Assembly: GCA_965198115.1 (NCBI GenBank)
Contig: OZ240241.1
Coordinates: 7,872,001 to 7,936,000, forward strand
Length of the DNA stretch: 64,000 nt
Reading direction: 5' to 3'
Origin: Candidatus Latescibacterota bacterium
GTDB lineage: Bacteria; Latescibacterota; UBA2968
Shown here in pieces: positions 34,157-44,305 of this stretch. Within the stretch, counting starts at the first letter, position 1. Every line of letters begins with the position of its first letter. Both the position numbers and the translations under genes were made by a program. Under the pieces are notes generated by a model. The model was not told the origin of the DNA, searched no databases, and was given only the letters and a program-made list of their open reading frames with translations.

Positions 34157-34831
34157 GGCTCTATCCGGGTTTCTCAACGGTGAAACTATAGAATGACAAG
34201 GTCATAGATCGTTCCCTACGCTTGGTTGTGTGTGTAGGACAATCAAAGCGAAGGGGGTGCGACCTATGACCGGGAGCAGATTACTATCGAAACTGCTGAG
34301 ATTCAAGGGGTTCCGTGTTGTCAGCTGGTGGTTTGAGGGGAGACCACAAAACATTCCTTCACTCCGATCGAACATCGTGCCACAAGTTTGAAGCCAACCA
34401 GTTCCGACTCTTTCTACACAGTGCTGCATACGCCTTGCTTCACGCACTCCGATCACAGGGACTCAAGGGCACCGCGTGGACCAAACCTCAGGTCAACACG
34501 ATACAGAACCGTTTCCTCAAAATCGGCGCGAGAGTCATTGAAAGCGCACGAAGAATCCGATTCCATTTTCCAACATCGTATCCACTCAAAAACGTCTTGG
34601 TGTCAATCATCACCAGGCTCGAAACGAACACGCAGTAACAACGCCGATCTATACCGGGGACAGCTATGTACACGTCGCAAAACAACACCTGTTCCGGACG
34701 AAAATCGTGACTCTTGCGACTCGTAGAGACCGCTTACGGGACCTTGGACATCCGAAGAAGCCGAGAACAAATCCTGTGCGTGATCACATCACTCCAAAAC
34801 AACCTAAACTCAAATTCATGCATGATTCAGG
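34157..34831 (+). mobile_element. Chimeric IS remnant: ISL3 left end (34157-34343) fused to IS1380 3' part (34342-34831)
   Basis: Matches both elements; 2-bp GA microhomology at the junction; preceded by ATAAAAAAA and followed by CTAG. Confidence 0.92.
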
Positions 34832-35147
34832 CTAGGGGTGTCATCGTCTTCTGCGGCTGTTTCTGCTTGATGGCGGTGCGCACCTTGTCGACGCGACGGA
34901 CACTTGCCTCTTCGCCTGTCTCGTGTGGCCACAGCCGGATGAAAAGGTAGAAGGCCACGGCCATCGACAGGACGCCCGAAAACGCCACCACCAAGACCTG
35001 AAGCCGAAACATCACTCCGAACGTCAGCACCACGCATCCGCCGATCGCAACCAACAGGCTCGAAATACTGAGAATTCGATAGATCCGGCCCCGGACCTCC
35101 GTCTCCCTCAATCCTCGGTAGAAAAATGTGAATGTCTTGGTAATCAT
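34827..35147 (-). CDS. Small 2-TM hypothetical protein, 3' end truncated by IS1380
   Basis: Two hydrophobic helices; the stop codon lies inside the IS1380 IR. Confidence 0.55.
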   Translation of the reverse strand: MITKTFTFFYRGLRETEVRGRIYRILSISSLLVAIGGCVVLTFGVMFRLQVLVVAFSGVLSMAVAFYLFIRLWPHETGEEASVRRVDKVRTAIKQKQPQKTMTPLA

Positions 35148-35303
35148 AGAAGCGTTGGAGAAGCGCGTGGGCCGTTTTCCGTTGTCCGCAGTTCGAACAC
35201 ACGGTGCATCCTAAAATTCAACAAGGTGCCGGTGTCCTTCCTCGATGCCCCGGGGTCTTGGTCTTCCCGGCCACCGGCTCACGGCCCACGGTCAACGGCT
35301 CTC

Positions 35304-37262
35304 TCAATCTCCCCAGAATAAATTATGGCCCTCGTCCGGAAACCAGACCAGATCGACACCCATGCTGACCATAAGCGCTGACGTGTATCCGACGATCAAT
35401 CCGATAAAAAACGGGATACACCTACGATACAGCGAAATGCCACCCACGCGAAGGATGATCAGCTTGGTCACCCACGTCAAGAAGACGGAAACAATGGCCG
35501 TTCGTGTGGAATAGCGGGTCACCAGCGTGTAACCGACCGGATGCAGCGGCCACCACGCGAACCGGTATTGACAGAACGTCATGCCCCCCACGACCAGGGC
35601 CCCGATCGCGGTGAAAACCATCCTGGGAACGTAGTGCCCTTCCCTGCCCATCCCTCGAATGGAAGTCACGATACCGTTGTAGTAGCTGAGTGAGGCCGTT
35701 CGGAAAACGTAGGACCCGAAATTGAACGCGCCATCCCGATAGCCCAAATAGACGGTGGACACCGCAGCCACCACGAACGAGAGCAACATGGTCGCGACGA
35801 TGGTACCACCAAGCAGCCTCGCACGAGGGAGCGTCCGACACAAGCGCGTGACGTGGGCGGCGCTCGGCATTGCGAACGCCTTGCCATTCTGGTAACAGCT
35901 CCCAAGAAGCTGCCGCATCGCGATCGAGCCCGGCGCCAGAGCCTGCGATGGGGCCAGGTTCAGGATGTTCACGCCCAGAGCCGGTGATTCTGCAAAAACT
36001 AGGCCTGTCATGCTAATGACCTTGGCGAACCCTATGTAGAAAATAAACCAGAACGCGACCACGGCGAACGAGATGATCGGGTGCATCCCGCCTTTCGTCA
36101 GCCAGAGAATCATGTAGATGGCAGAGGCCACGAATAAGTAGGCCGCAGTTCGATATCGCATCAACTCCTGGCTGTCGTCGAGCAGGTCTCGGTTTCTGAA
36201 AGCCTGGGCAAAGACTTTCCTGAGATGGTCCCTTGCCGTCCAGAGTCCCCAAACGCAGAACACGATGAATCCACCCATGGCTTGTTCCCGCGTACCTCCC
36301 AGCGCACCCAACCCTTCGGCGATGCCGATGCGGTTGATCATACCCATCTGCACCCAAGTGAACACCCAGAAGAACCAGATCGAAAACAGCATCTGAAGGT
36401 CGGTGAAGTATGCAAACGCGATGATGAGGAAATTCAGGCGGCCGTGAAGCGAGGGCACGTATCGCCCTAGATCGACGCTCTCATTTTCGATCCCCAGCGT
36501 GATGACCGGAAAATCTGGCCGAAAGTACCCCACGATGTAGAATAAGACGATGAAGGCCGGAATAGAAAACCCGATCCAGAATAACCGGCCTTTGACGTAT
36601 GCCGGGAATCCACGGGGGCCGGCAGTCGCCGCCAGTTCCTCCGCCACCTGCGCGAACGGGAACGGCAGCCGTTCCTGGTCTACCCACTGTCTTCGAATCA
36701 TCGACCCGAACGCCACGCACCCCGTCCCCACCGCGCCCAGGAAGGAAAGCCACCAGAAAGTGGGGCGCAGCCAGATGCTCCAGGGCAGGGAGGCGTTGCT
36801 CGGCAGGCCTTCATAAAACCACGCGAGTTGCTGGTTCGCATCCTCGACCACCAACCACGGCGGTACGACGTTGAACGCGTATTCCGCCCAGAGATTCTCG
36901 GGACTGGCCATGTAGTGCATGACGGCGAACGTCGCCACCACCCGGCCCAGAAGTTCATTGATATGGATACAAGAGTAGGAAACAGCAAAAACGGCGATCA
37001 GTTCCCACGGCCGCAATCCCTGGCCCAGACCAACTTTTTTCAGCAATGGATTGACGACGAACACCAGCAGGAGGAAAGGCATGAGCACCCCCATGGGGAT
37101 CATGCCTCGTACAAGTGAAATGGTCCGGACAACGTGTTGGGTGTAGGGGATGACCGCGTTCATACCGACGGTCAAGGCGGAGGCGATCAGTAGGGTCCTG
37201 AAGCCTGATCCTTCCTCGAAATCGGTCCCTGGGAGGGATGCTGTAAGGGCTCGTTCGGCCAA
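35304..37262 (-). CDS. Polytopic membrane protein, DUF6785/DUF6784-like (OPT-like putative transporter)
   Basis: RRQWVDQERLPFP, WWPLHPVGY, LRVGG..YRR..PFFIGLIVG; about 16 TM segments. Confidence 0.8.
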   Translation of the reverse strand: MAERALTASLPGTDFEEGSGFRTLLIASALTVGMNAVIPYTQHVVRTISLVRGMIPMGVLMPFLLLVFVVNPLLKKVGLGQGLRPWELIAVFAVSYSCIHINELLGRVVATFAVMHYMASPENLWAEYAFNVVPPWLVVEDANQQLAWFYEGLPSNASLPWSIWLRPTFWWLSFLGAVGTGCVAFGSMIRRQWVDQERLPFPFAQVAEELAATAGPRGFPAYVKGRLFWIGFSIPAFIVLFYIVGYFRPDFPVITLGIENESVDLGRYVPSLHGRLNFLIIAFAYFTDLQMLFSIWFFWVFTWVQMGMINRIGIAEGLGALGGTREQAMGGFIVFCVWGLWTARDHLRKVFAQAFRNRDLLDDSQELMRYRTAAYLFVASAIYMILWLTKGGMHPIISFAVVAFWFIFYIGFAKVISMTGLVFAESPALGVNILNLAPSQALAPGSIAMRQLLGSCYQNGKAFAMPSAAHVTRLCRTLPRARLLGGTIVATMLLSFVVAAVSTVYLGYRDGAFNFGSYVFRTASLSYYNGIVTSIRGMGREGHYVPRMVFTAIGALVVGGMTFCQYRFAWWPLHPVGYTLVTRYSTRTAIVSVFLTWVTKLIILRVGGISLYRRCIPFFIGLIVGYTSALMVSMGVDLVWFPDEGHNLFWGD

Positions 37263-37425
37263 TCAAGCGCCTTCACGTACGGTTGTGACGATGATGTTCT
37301 GGCTTTCCTGACAACTGACGACTGGTTCCCGGAGCCTGTCTCGAGCGAAGGCGAGAGGAAGGCCGCGGGCCGTAGCAGGGAACCCTGACAACTTCATTGG
37401 CCGGCTGCCAGGCCGGCCAATGCCA

Positions 37426-37441
37426 TGGTACGAGGCTTGCA
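37426..37441 (+). promoter_or_regulatory. Putative sigma54 -24/-12 promoter
   Basis: TGGTAC-GAGGC-TTGCA versus consensus TGGCAC-N5-TTGC; 11-bp inverted repeat at 37395-37422 just upstream. Confidence 0.6.
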
Positions 37442-37561
37442 AAAGATGGTGGACAGACCCGTGGACACGGTAGAAAAGACGCGTGGGAAGCTGGAAAAGG
37501 GCCGACAGCCGGCTCGGCTCACGTGGGTCTACCGGAAAAACATCCCACCCAGGAGGAAGAA

Positions 37562-37744
37562 ATGTCCCCGGAAGCCATCCAGAGCCTCATTGAACTGTTC
37601 GGTGTCGAAAAGGGCGTCAAGATTCTGAATCTCTTCACCACGCAGAACGAAACAGAACCCGCTCCACTTCCGCATCGCCCGCGACCTATCCGGGCGCGTC
37701 GCCGTCGACTCCCCTCGGTCGAAAAAGAAACGATCAACGTCTGA
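37562..37744 (+). CDS. Small hypothetical protein (60 aa, MSPEAIQSLIELFGVEKGVKILNLF...), paralogue of 42352-42555
   Basis: Strong RBS AGGAGG; shared N-terminal motif; upstream promoter. Confidence 0.7.
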   Translation: MSPEAIQSLIELFGVEKGVKILNLFTTQNETEPAPLPHRPRPIRARRRRLPSVEKETINV

Positions 37745-38683
37745 TCACGCGTCGATGAATCCGGGCACGCTGAAATAGCGATCGCCCGAATCGCAGATGA
37801 TCGTGGCGACACGTTTGTTCGGGCCCAGTCTCCGTGCAATGGTCAACGCGACGAACACGTTCGCTCCGGCCGAAATCCCCGCGAGGATCCCCTCCTCCCG
37901 CGATAGGCGGCGTGCCATCGCGATCGCATCCTCGTCCTTTACGGTAACGATCTCGCTGTAGATCTCCTGATCGAGTACGGGCGGCACGAACCCTGCCCCG
38001 ATGCCCTGGATGCGGTGAACACCCTGACGCTCGCCGGACAACACGGCCGATCGCTCGGGTTCCACGGCCACGATCAGCACGTCCGGGTTTGCCTGTTTCA
38101 GAACCCGACCGACACCCGAGATCGTCCCCCCCGTTCCCACGCCGGCTACGAAGGCGTCGAGCCGTCCCTCGCAATCCTCCAATAGTTCCGGCCCTGTCGT
38201 CGTTGCGTGAATCTCCGGATTCGCCGGGTTGTTGAACTGCTGCGGCATGTACGTGTCTTCTGGGTTCGCGATCACGATTTGATTCGCCTTCGCGACCGCC
38301 CCGGTCATGTCGTCTTCTCCGGGCGTCAGCACGATTTCGGCACCGAAACTAACGAGTAGGTGCCGCCGTTCCCGACTCATCGTCTCCGGCATCGTCAGAA
38401 TCAGGCGATACCCTCTTGCCGCCGCCGCAACGGCCAACCCAATGCCAGTGTTCCCGCTCGTCGGTTCGACGATTGTCATCCCGGGGCTGAGCACACCACG
38501 TCGCTCTGCGTCGTCGATCATCGCGGCAGCAATGCGGTCTTTCACCGTATGTGCGGGGTTCATCTGTTCGAGCTTGACGATCACCTCGGCGTCCCCCGCG
38601 GTCACCACGTGGGACAGCCGGACGACTGGCGTCGAGCCGATCAAGGCGAGGATGTCATCAGTGACCTGATTCGGCGTGGCCAC
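37745..38683 (-). CDS. cysK: Cysteine synthase A
   Basis: NPAHTVKDRIA (PLP lysine), EPTSGNTGIG, PQQFNNPAN, GVGTGGT, HRIQGIGAGF. Confidence 0.93.
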   Translation of the reverse strand: MATPNQVTDDILALIGSTPVVRLSHVVTAGDAEVIVKLEQMNPAHTVKDRIAAAMIDDAERRGVLSPGMTIVEPTSGNTGIGLAVAAAARGYRLILTMPETMSRERRHLLVSFGAEIVLTPGEDDMTGAVAKANQIVIANPEDTYMPQQFNNPANPEIHATTTGPELLEDCEGRLDAFVAGVGTGGTISGVGRVLKQANPDVLIVAVEPERSAVLSGERQGVHRIQGIGAGFVPPVLDQEIYSEIVTVKDEDAIAMARRLSREEGILAGISAGANVFVALTIARRLGPNKRVATIICDSGDRYFSVPGFIDA

Positions 38684-38686
38684 GTC

Positions 38687-39160
38687 TCAGTCCTTCTGCG
38701 ACATCTGAGCAAGGGGCGCCGTTTCGCTGGCCCCATTCACCCGGGCGATGGCCTCACGGCCAAGTACGCGAATGTCCTCGTGAATCGCCGAATCGCCCAG
38801 ATCGTCGTGATCGCACCATCTGAATCCTTCGGCTTCGTGATCGCTCACCGATAGCGCGCCTCCGACCACACGAGCAAAGTAAATCAGGTCGATGTGTTGA
38901 TGATCCGGCGTGATATTTTCTAACAGGATGCACTCCGGGCGACCCAGGACTTCTACGTCGCCCAACGGCATCCGAGGGGATAGCAACCGAACTTCGAGCC
39001 CGGTCTCCTCCAGAACTTCGCGGCAGGCGGCTTCATCGGGCAGTTCGTTTGGGTCGATATGCCCACCCGGTGGAAACCACGCCCCGATCTTCCGATGGAA
39101 AAGCAGGAGAGTCCGTCCGTCCTGGACGATAAAAGTAGTGGCGGTAAAGTCGCGGGTCAT
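38687..39160 (-). CDS. NUDIX hydrolase
   Basis: Nudix box GGHIDPNELPDEAACREVLEETG. Confidence 0.92.
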   Translation of the reverse strand: MTRDFTATTFIVQDGRTLLLFHRKIGAWFPPGGHIDPNELPDEAACREVLEETGLEVRLLSPRMPLGDVEVLGRPECILLENITPDHQHIDLIYFARVVGGALSVSDHEAEGFRWCDHDDLGDSAIHEDIRVLGREAIARVNGASETAPLAQMSQKD

Positions 39161-39328
39161 GGGCTGGCGGCGGCGTGTTGAAATCCGCTCGGAATATATG
39201 CCCGGCAAAGGGCCCCATCAACCCCTAAGCCCTGAATTTGGGGCACCATACGTTCGTGGGCGCCTTCTTGACGGAGCGGCGAACCGGCAATATCCTAGAT
39301 GTATAGGACCAACGATCAAGAGCCCGAC

Positions 39329-42191
39329 ATGATTGCCAATCTCTTCACAAAAAGAGCTCATCGTCGAGCCGTTTCCTCGCAGGCCCAGGGCCTGGAGCGG
39401 CTGCAGACCTTTCGCGTCGACTCGGCGAACTGCACCCTTCTCACCACCGCCGAGGGAAACGAGGTCAACGAAGACATCGGCCAGGTGTCGTTGTTCCAGT
39501 CCCGAGGTCAGCCGCTGATCGAAGACCAGTCCGTTTTTCTGACCACGCCGGACGGCCTCAAAGCCGAGGATCGGGATCGTTTCAAAGGACACGGTGAGAC
39601 GATCAGGTTGTGGTTCCTTCACGACCGGATCCCCAGGGTCGTGGACGTCGTCGTCGAGGAACGCATTCAAATCAAGGCGGGGAGCCATCCCGAACTCAGA
39701 CCCCGCTCGGGGGCCGGGTTCCGTGTCCGCTTGGCGACCGACGTCACCAAACAGGACAACCGGAACTCGCTTCGATTTTCGCATCGCCCCGGCGGTGGTT
39801 CTCTCCCGGTCTACTCGCAGATCATGTTCGACGTCTTCGTGACCCGAACCAACGTCGAGTTACCCACGGAGGGCGCGATTCCCCCGTGGATCGAAGATGT
39901 AAATATCCTCCCCCACACGACCCCCGATCCGGCCGACACCACGTCCTTCGAACCCGAAGACCTGGTCAGCCGGTTCAAGGACGGCATGCGGGTCAACCCG
40001 GTCGAGGATCGCACGGTTCACGTCAGCAAACCCTACCTGGACGAGCGATTCAACCGCGGGCTCCTCCTCGAGCTCGGTTACTCTGGCGTATTGGGGCTTC
40101 GAAGCGATGAAGTGGGTCGTACGCTACACATCAAGAAGCCCATCCTGTCCCGGACCAAGGATCGAAGGGATCCCCATCATCTGACGCTCGGGGACCTGCT
40201 CATTCTTCACTACGGCTCGCGGGCCCCTCTATCCGGGAAATACGACTACTGCCAACTGGTTACAGAGATCGTGAAAGACGGGCTGGAAAACATCACGATC
40301 AAGCCTGTGGCAACGGAGGCGATCGAAGGTGGAATGAGGCTGGGACTGATTGACTTCAGCGTGAATGGCTTTCGATTCGAGGCTACGCCCGATTTTGGGT
40401 GTTGTGCCTATCGTAGTTGAAACTTAGAGGGCTCCAAACTTACGTTGGGTAGACGTGTAGGAGCGTATACCCGTAAGAAAGGAGCCCAGATGGAGAAGCT
40501 ATTTGCAGGCGATGGTGAAGTCAAGGTTGAGGGCGATGTCATCGATTTGGAGACGCGTTTGTCGGTGATCCAGGCGTTGATCCCGTTGGGTCTGGAGGCA
40601 GTGGCAGACCTCCTCCAGCAGGAGGTCGAGCAGCTCGCAGGCGTTCGGTATGCGCGCAAAGGTTCGGAGCAGGCGCATCGTCGGTGGGGAAGCCAGAAGG
40701 GATCCGTGTATCTGATGGACCAGAAGCTCCCGTTAGACGTTCCCCGGGTGCGCGACGTCGAGGCCGACGCAGAGGTTTCCCTGGCTGCATACCGGGCTCT
40801 ACAGACGCCCAAGAAGACGGACGAGGGGCTGTTGCTTCGTGTTCTCAAGGGGATCTCGTGCCGCAACTACAAGGCCTGTGCCGAATCGGTTCCAGAAGCG
40901 TTTGGTATCTCAGCGTCCTCCGTCTCGCGGCGGTTCATCAAAGCCACCGCGAAGAAGCGGAAGCAGTTCCAGGAGCGTCCCCTCGACGACTACGGCTTCG
41001 TGACCCTGTTCATTGACGGAAAGAGCTTTGCCGACGAAGAGATCGTGATCGCTCCGGGGGTCACGATGGACGGCCAGAAGATCCCCCTGGGCTTCGTCGA
41101 ATCGGCGACGGAGAACGAACGGATCTGCCGCCAGCTGATCCAGGACCTCATCCGGAGAGGCCTGTGCTACGACCAGGGCCTTCTCGTTGTGCTTGACGGC
41201 TCAAAGGGACTCCGCAGTGCTGTCACCAAAGCCCTCAAAGGGTATGTGCGCGTGCATCGCTGTCAGTGGCACAAGCGCGAGAATGTCGTCAGCTATCTCC
41301 CGGAGAGGGAACGTCCAAGAGTTCGACGGAAGCTCCAGAAAGCCTATGACTGCGACACCTACGAGGAGGCAAAGGCCGCACTCGAATCACTTAAACCCGA
41401 ACTGAAGCTGATGAATCAGTCTGCCGTAACGAGCCTCGAGGAAGGCCTGGAGGAAACCCTGACCCTCCACCGGCTGGGTATGCTCCCATTCCTGAAACGA
41501 AGCTTCCGAACCACCAACTGCATCGAAGCCCTCAACAGCAGGACCGGCGAGCTCACTCGGAAGGTCAGACGCTGGAACAACTCTCCCCAGAGACACAGAT
41601 GGGTGGCTGCCGCACTCCTCGACATCGAACCTCGCCTGCGACGCGTGAGCGGATACAAACATCTTCCCCTACTCAGGCAAGCACTGAACAAAGATCTGAA
41701 TCTCGACAACGAACAGAATGCTCAAAAGAGAGCCTGACCAAACTACGGGGCCCGATGAGTTTTCAACTGACTATGGGACTTGACCCGATTTTGTCCGCTA
41801 TGGAGCTCCCGAAGCAACGAACCATCCGGTCGCCGAACAGCTCGAGGCACTGCAGACGCACCTGTTGCTGTTCGCATTCTACCCCCGGCTGCGATTCTCG
41901 CGAGAAATCGAACCGTATCGACCCATCCTGCCCAAACGCATCAGCGTACTTGGGCAAATCGTCCGAAGTGAAATCGATTGGGAGGATGGGGAACAGAAAC
42001 GAGGGCGATTCAGAAACTTCGGCGTCAAGCTTATGTACGATCCCGTCGAATACGCACAGGACGAATTCCGACATAGTCGGTGGGAAATGATCCGCCCGTT
42101 CAAGGAAAACCGGCATTTCAAGGAAGTGCACAAAGCGCTCAACGGGCTCATCGCGTTTCTCGAAAGCCACGCCAAAGAAGACAAGGATTGA
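39329..42191 (+). pseudogene. Atypical PilZ-domain (YcgR-like) protein interrupted by IS256
   Basis: RxxxR (QDNRNSLRF) and DxSxxG (IDFSVNGFRF). Removing the IS restores ...ATPD-FVRYGAPE...LLLFAFYPRL in frame to 42191. Confidence 0.7.
40398..41785 (+). mobile_element. IS256-family element B (transposase 40490-41737)
   Basis: 8-bp TSD CGATTTTG at 40390-40397 and 41786-41793; imperfect IRs ending AGTTGAAA; VPRVR, FIDG, LDG, HRCQWHK, RTTNCIE. Confidence 0.92.
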
Positions 42192-42321
42192 CACAGACGA
42201 CAGATACAGAGGACAGAACACCGACCAATCGATGTTGCGCTATAGTTGCGATGGTGGGGCCGCCTCGGTTCTTGTCACTGGTCAATGGTCACCTGTCGCT
42301 GGTCAGTCCCTACCGGCATAC

Positions 42322-42352
42322 AAAAGAGGGGCGCGACAATCGCGCCCCTCTT
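42322..42352 (-). terminator. Intrinsic terminator
   Basis: AAGAGGGGCGCGA-loop-TCGCGCCCCTCTT, followed by TTTT on the minus strand right after the stop of 42352-42555. Confidence 0.8.
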
Positions 42353-42555
42353 CAGAAACCTGCTACTGACTTGATTCTACTGTTCAGCCCCGGGTTCCCG
42401 TGCCCAGAAAAGAACCTCACATTTTCTCGAACGAAGTGAATGGCCCGCCGCTCAGGAATCATCCCGAGATCCCGAGCTCGCATAACGTTCAGCAGGTCCA
42501 GACCCTTCACAAATCCATACTTCTTTACCAAATCCTCTGAGTGGTATCGAACCAT
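42352..42555 (-). CDS. Small hypothetical protein (67 aa), paralogue of 37562-37744
   Basis: RBS AGGAGG, terminator, shared motif LVKKYGFVKGLDLLNV. Confidence 0.72.
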   Translation of the reverse strand: MVRYHSEDLVKKYGFVKGLDLLNVMRARDLGMIPERRAIHFVRENVRFFSGHGNPGLNSRIKSVAGF

Positions 42556-42768
42556 AACCCCCTCCTAGCGTCGCTAATTTGGTGGGGAGGTTTGTTCCCT
42601 TTTGGGAAAGCATCTCTGGGCTCTCGAATCACGCGACAATCGAACGACCTCGTCACCTCCTGTGGTTGCCTCACCGAGGCCACATTGCCGGTCCCAGCAT
42701 TGCCGCTCCGTTCTCGGGCGAAGGGGCAACGTGAAAGCATTCAGAAACGCTCAGGCATTATGCAATAG

Positions 42769-42948
42769 TCATAGCCCTCCAACTGAAGAAGCCAGGTCGA
42801 GCTTGAGACGGGACCGAAATGAAAACAGGTCCTTCTTGGACGGGAGGATCTTCCGATGATCCGCCCCCGATCCGAGGACCTGAAACAAATTCGGCCCATG
42901 CGCATAACGCCGACCCGGGCTGAAGGTGTGAACATCCTGTTTAACCAT
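42769..42948 (-). CDS. Small hypothetical protein (59 aa, MVKQDVHTFSPG...)
   Basis: RBS AAGGAGG at 42955-42961; lies downstream of a sigma28-like promoter. Confidence 0.55.
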   Translation of the reverse strand: MVKQDVHTFSPGRRYAHGPNLFQVLGSGADHRKILPSKKDLFSFRSRLKLDLASSVGGL

Positions 42949-42999
42949 CTTTGCCCTCCTTGGCAAATGGTTGGTGGTAACTAATACTACCGAGTTGTA

Positions 43000-43026
43000 G
43001 TATCGGTGCTTCAGCCAAAAGCTTTA
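43000..43026 (-). promoter_or_regulatory. Putative sigma28 (FliA) promoter
   Basis: TAAAGCTT-N11-ACCGATAC versus consensus TAAAGTTT-N11-GCCGATAA. Confidence 0.65.
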
Positions 43027-43053
43027 GGAATTGTGTCCACCTCTGGAGGGGAC

Positions 43054-44250
43054 TCAGATCGCGTCGGCAAGCCAGAAAAACGGTTCCCCAGGCGGAAAAG
43101 CGGCGTTCAGCATCGCAACCGAGCGGGCGTCACCACCCCGTCTTTCCACCATCTCGCCGACTGAATCCCTGCCCAAGAGAGCGCGAATCAAACCCGATTT
43201 CGGGGACGTAGATCCCTTCTTCCCTCTCGGAACCCCCTCCGAACCGCTCCCGCACGACGTCGACGGACCCCCCCAAACGCACGTCGAACCCGCCCAGGGC
43301 GAGCCGGATCGGGGTGGCCATCTCTGTTTCCACGAGCCGGCGCTCGATGGCCGGGCCAATAAGGGCAAATACCGCGGCGGTATCGATAGACTTGATCAGG
43401 TATTCGGGGTTCGGCGTCGGGTCTCCACGCTCCCACGCCAGCGCCACGGGATGCCTCGACGGCAGCCTCACGTCGAGGTGGGAGGCCCCCAGTTCGGCGG
43501 CATAGGCGCGCAGGTCGTCGAGCAACGCACCAGGCTGTCTCGCACCCGCCTCGTAAACCACCACAACGTCGCCGCCCACCGCGATTCTCGCGTATCCGTC
43601 TTCGCCCACGACGACACGATCGATCTCGGTCGTGAACCCGATCATGCGCTCGTTCGTGCGTATGAGCCGACCCGGATGGCCAGTTTCGAGCAGCCACCGC
43701 CAGCGTTCCCGGGTCGGAGTCACGGCGCCCGATGGGACGTGAGATTCGGACCACTCCGTCAGCCGATCGACATCCTCGATCGACGCCTCACGGAAGGTCG
43801 TCGGTCTGATCGCCGAAACGGGAACGCGCTGCGTCACGTCCACGTAGCCGTCGATGTATCCAAACCGACTGTAGTAGGAGAGTGCTCCGGCCAGTTGAGT
43901 CACCAATGCACCATCGGATCGCGCCGCCCCTTCCACGTCCCGGATCAGCGCGCCTCCGACGCCGACCCCGCGCCAGTCGGGCGCCACAACCACCATGCCG
44001 ATGAGCGCGCCGGGGACATCGCATCCGGCGATCCGCAGGGGGCGTGGCGCATAGAGCGCGTGGCCGATCACACGCCCCTCGTTCACAGCGACACGCGAGC
44101 ACGCTTCACCCACGGCGGAATCACGGTCCAAAAGGTCGCGTAAAGCCGACTGAAGGCCGCCCCGACACCCGGACGAACCTCGAATTCCGTCCTCAGGAGT
44201 GTACGTACTGCTTCGCGCTCCTGTTCACCCTGGAAAGCACGCAGGTCCAC
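43054..44250 (-). pseudogene. GNAT (Eis-like) acetyltransferase with two frameshifts (~44139 and ~43193)
   Basis: Acetyl-CoA motif VAPDWRGVGVGGAL, YYSRFGY; N- and C-terminal parts (LIRALLG...EPFFWLADAI*) lie in adjacent frames. Confidence 0.78.
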
Positions 44251-44305
44251 GTCACTGCGATCCCGATCGCACCATCGGTCAATGGTCACTGGTCAATATG
44301 CTGGG

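Noticed and set aside
42744-42778. Sigma54 promoter before the 67-aa gene
   Set aside because: The GG-to-GC spacing is off by one base.
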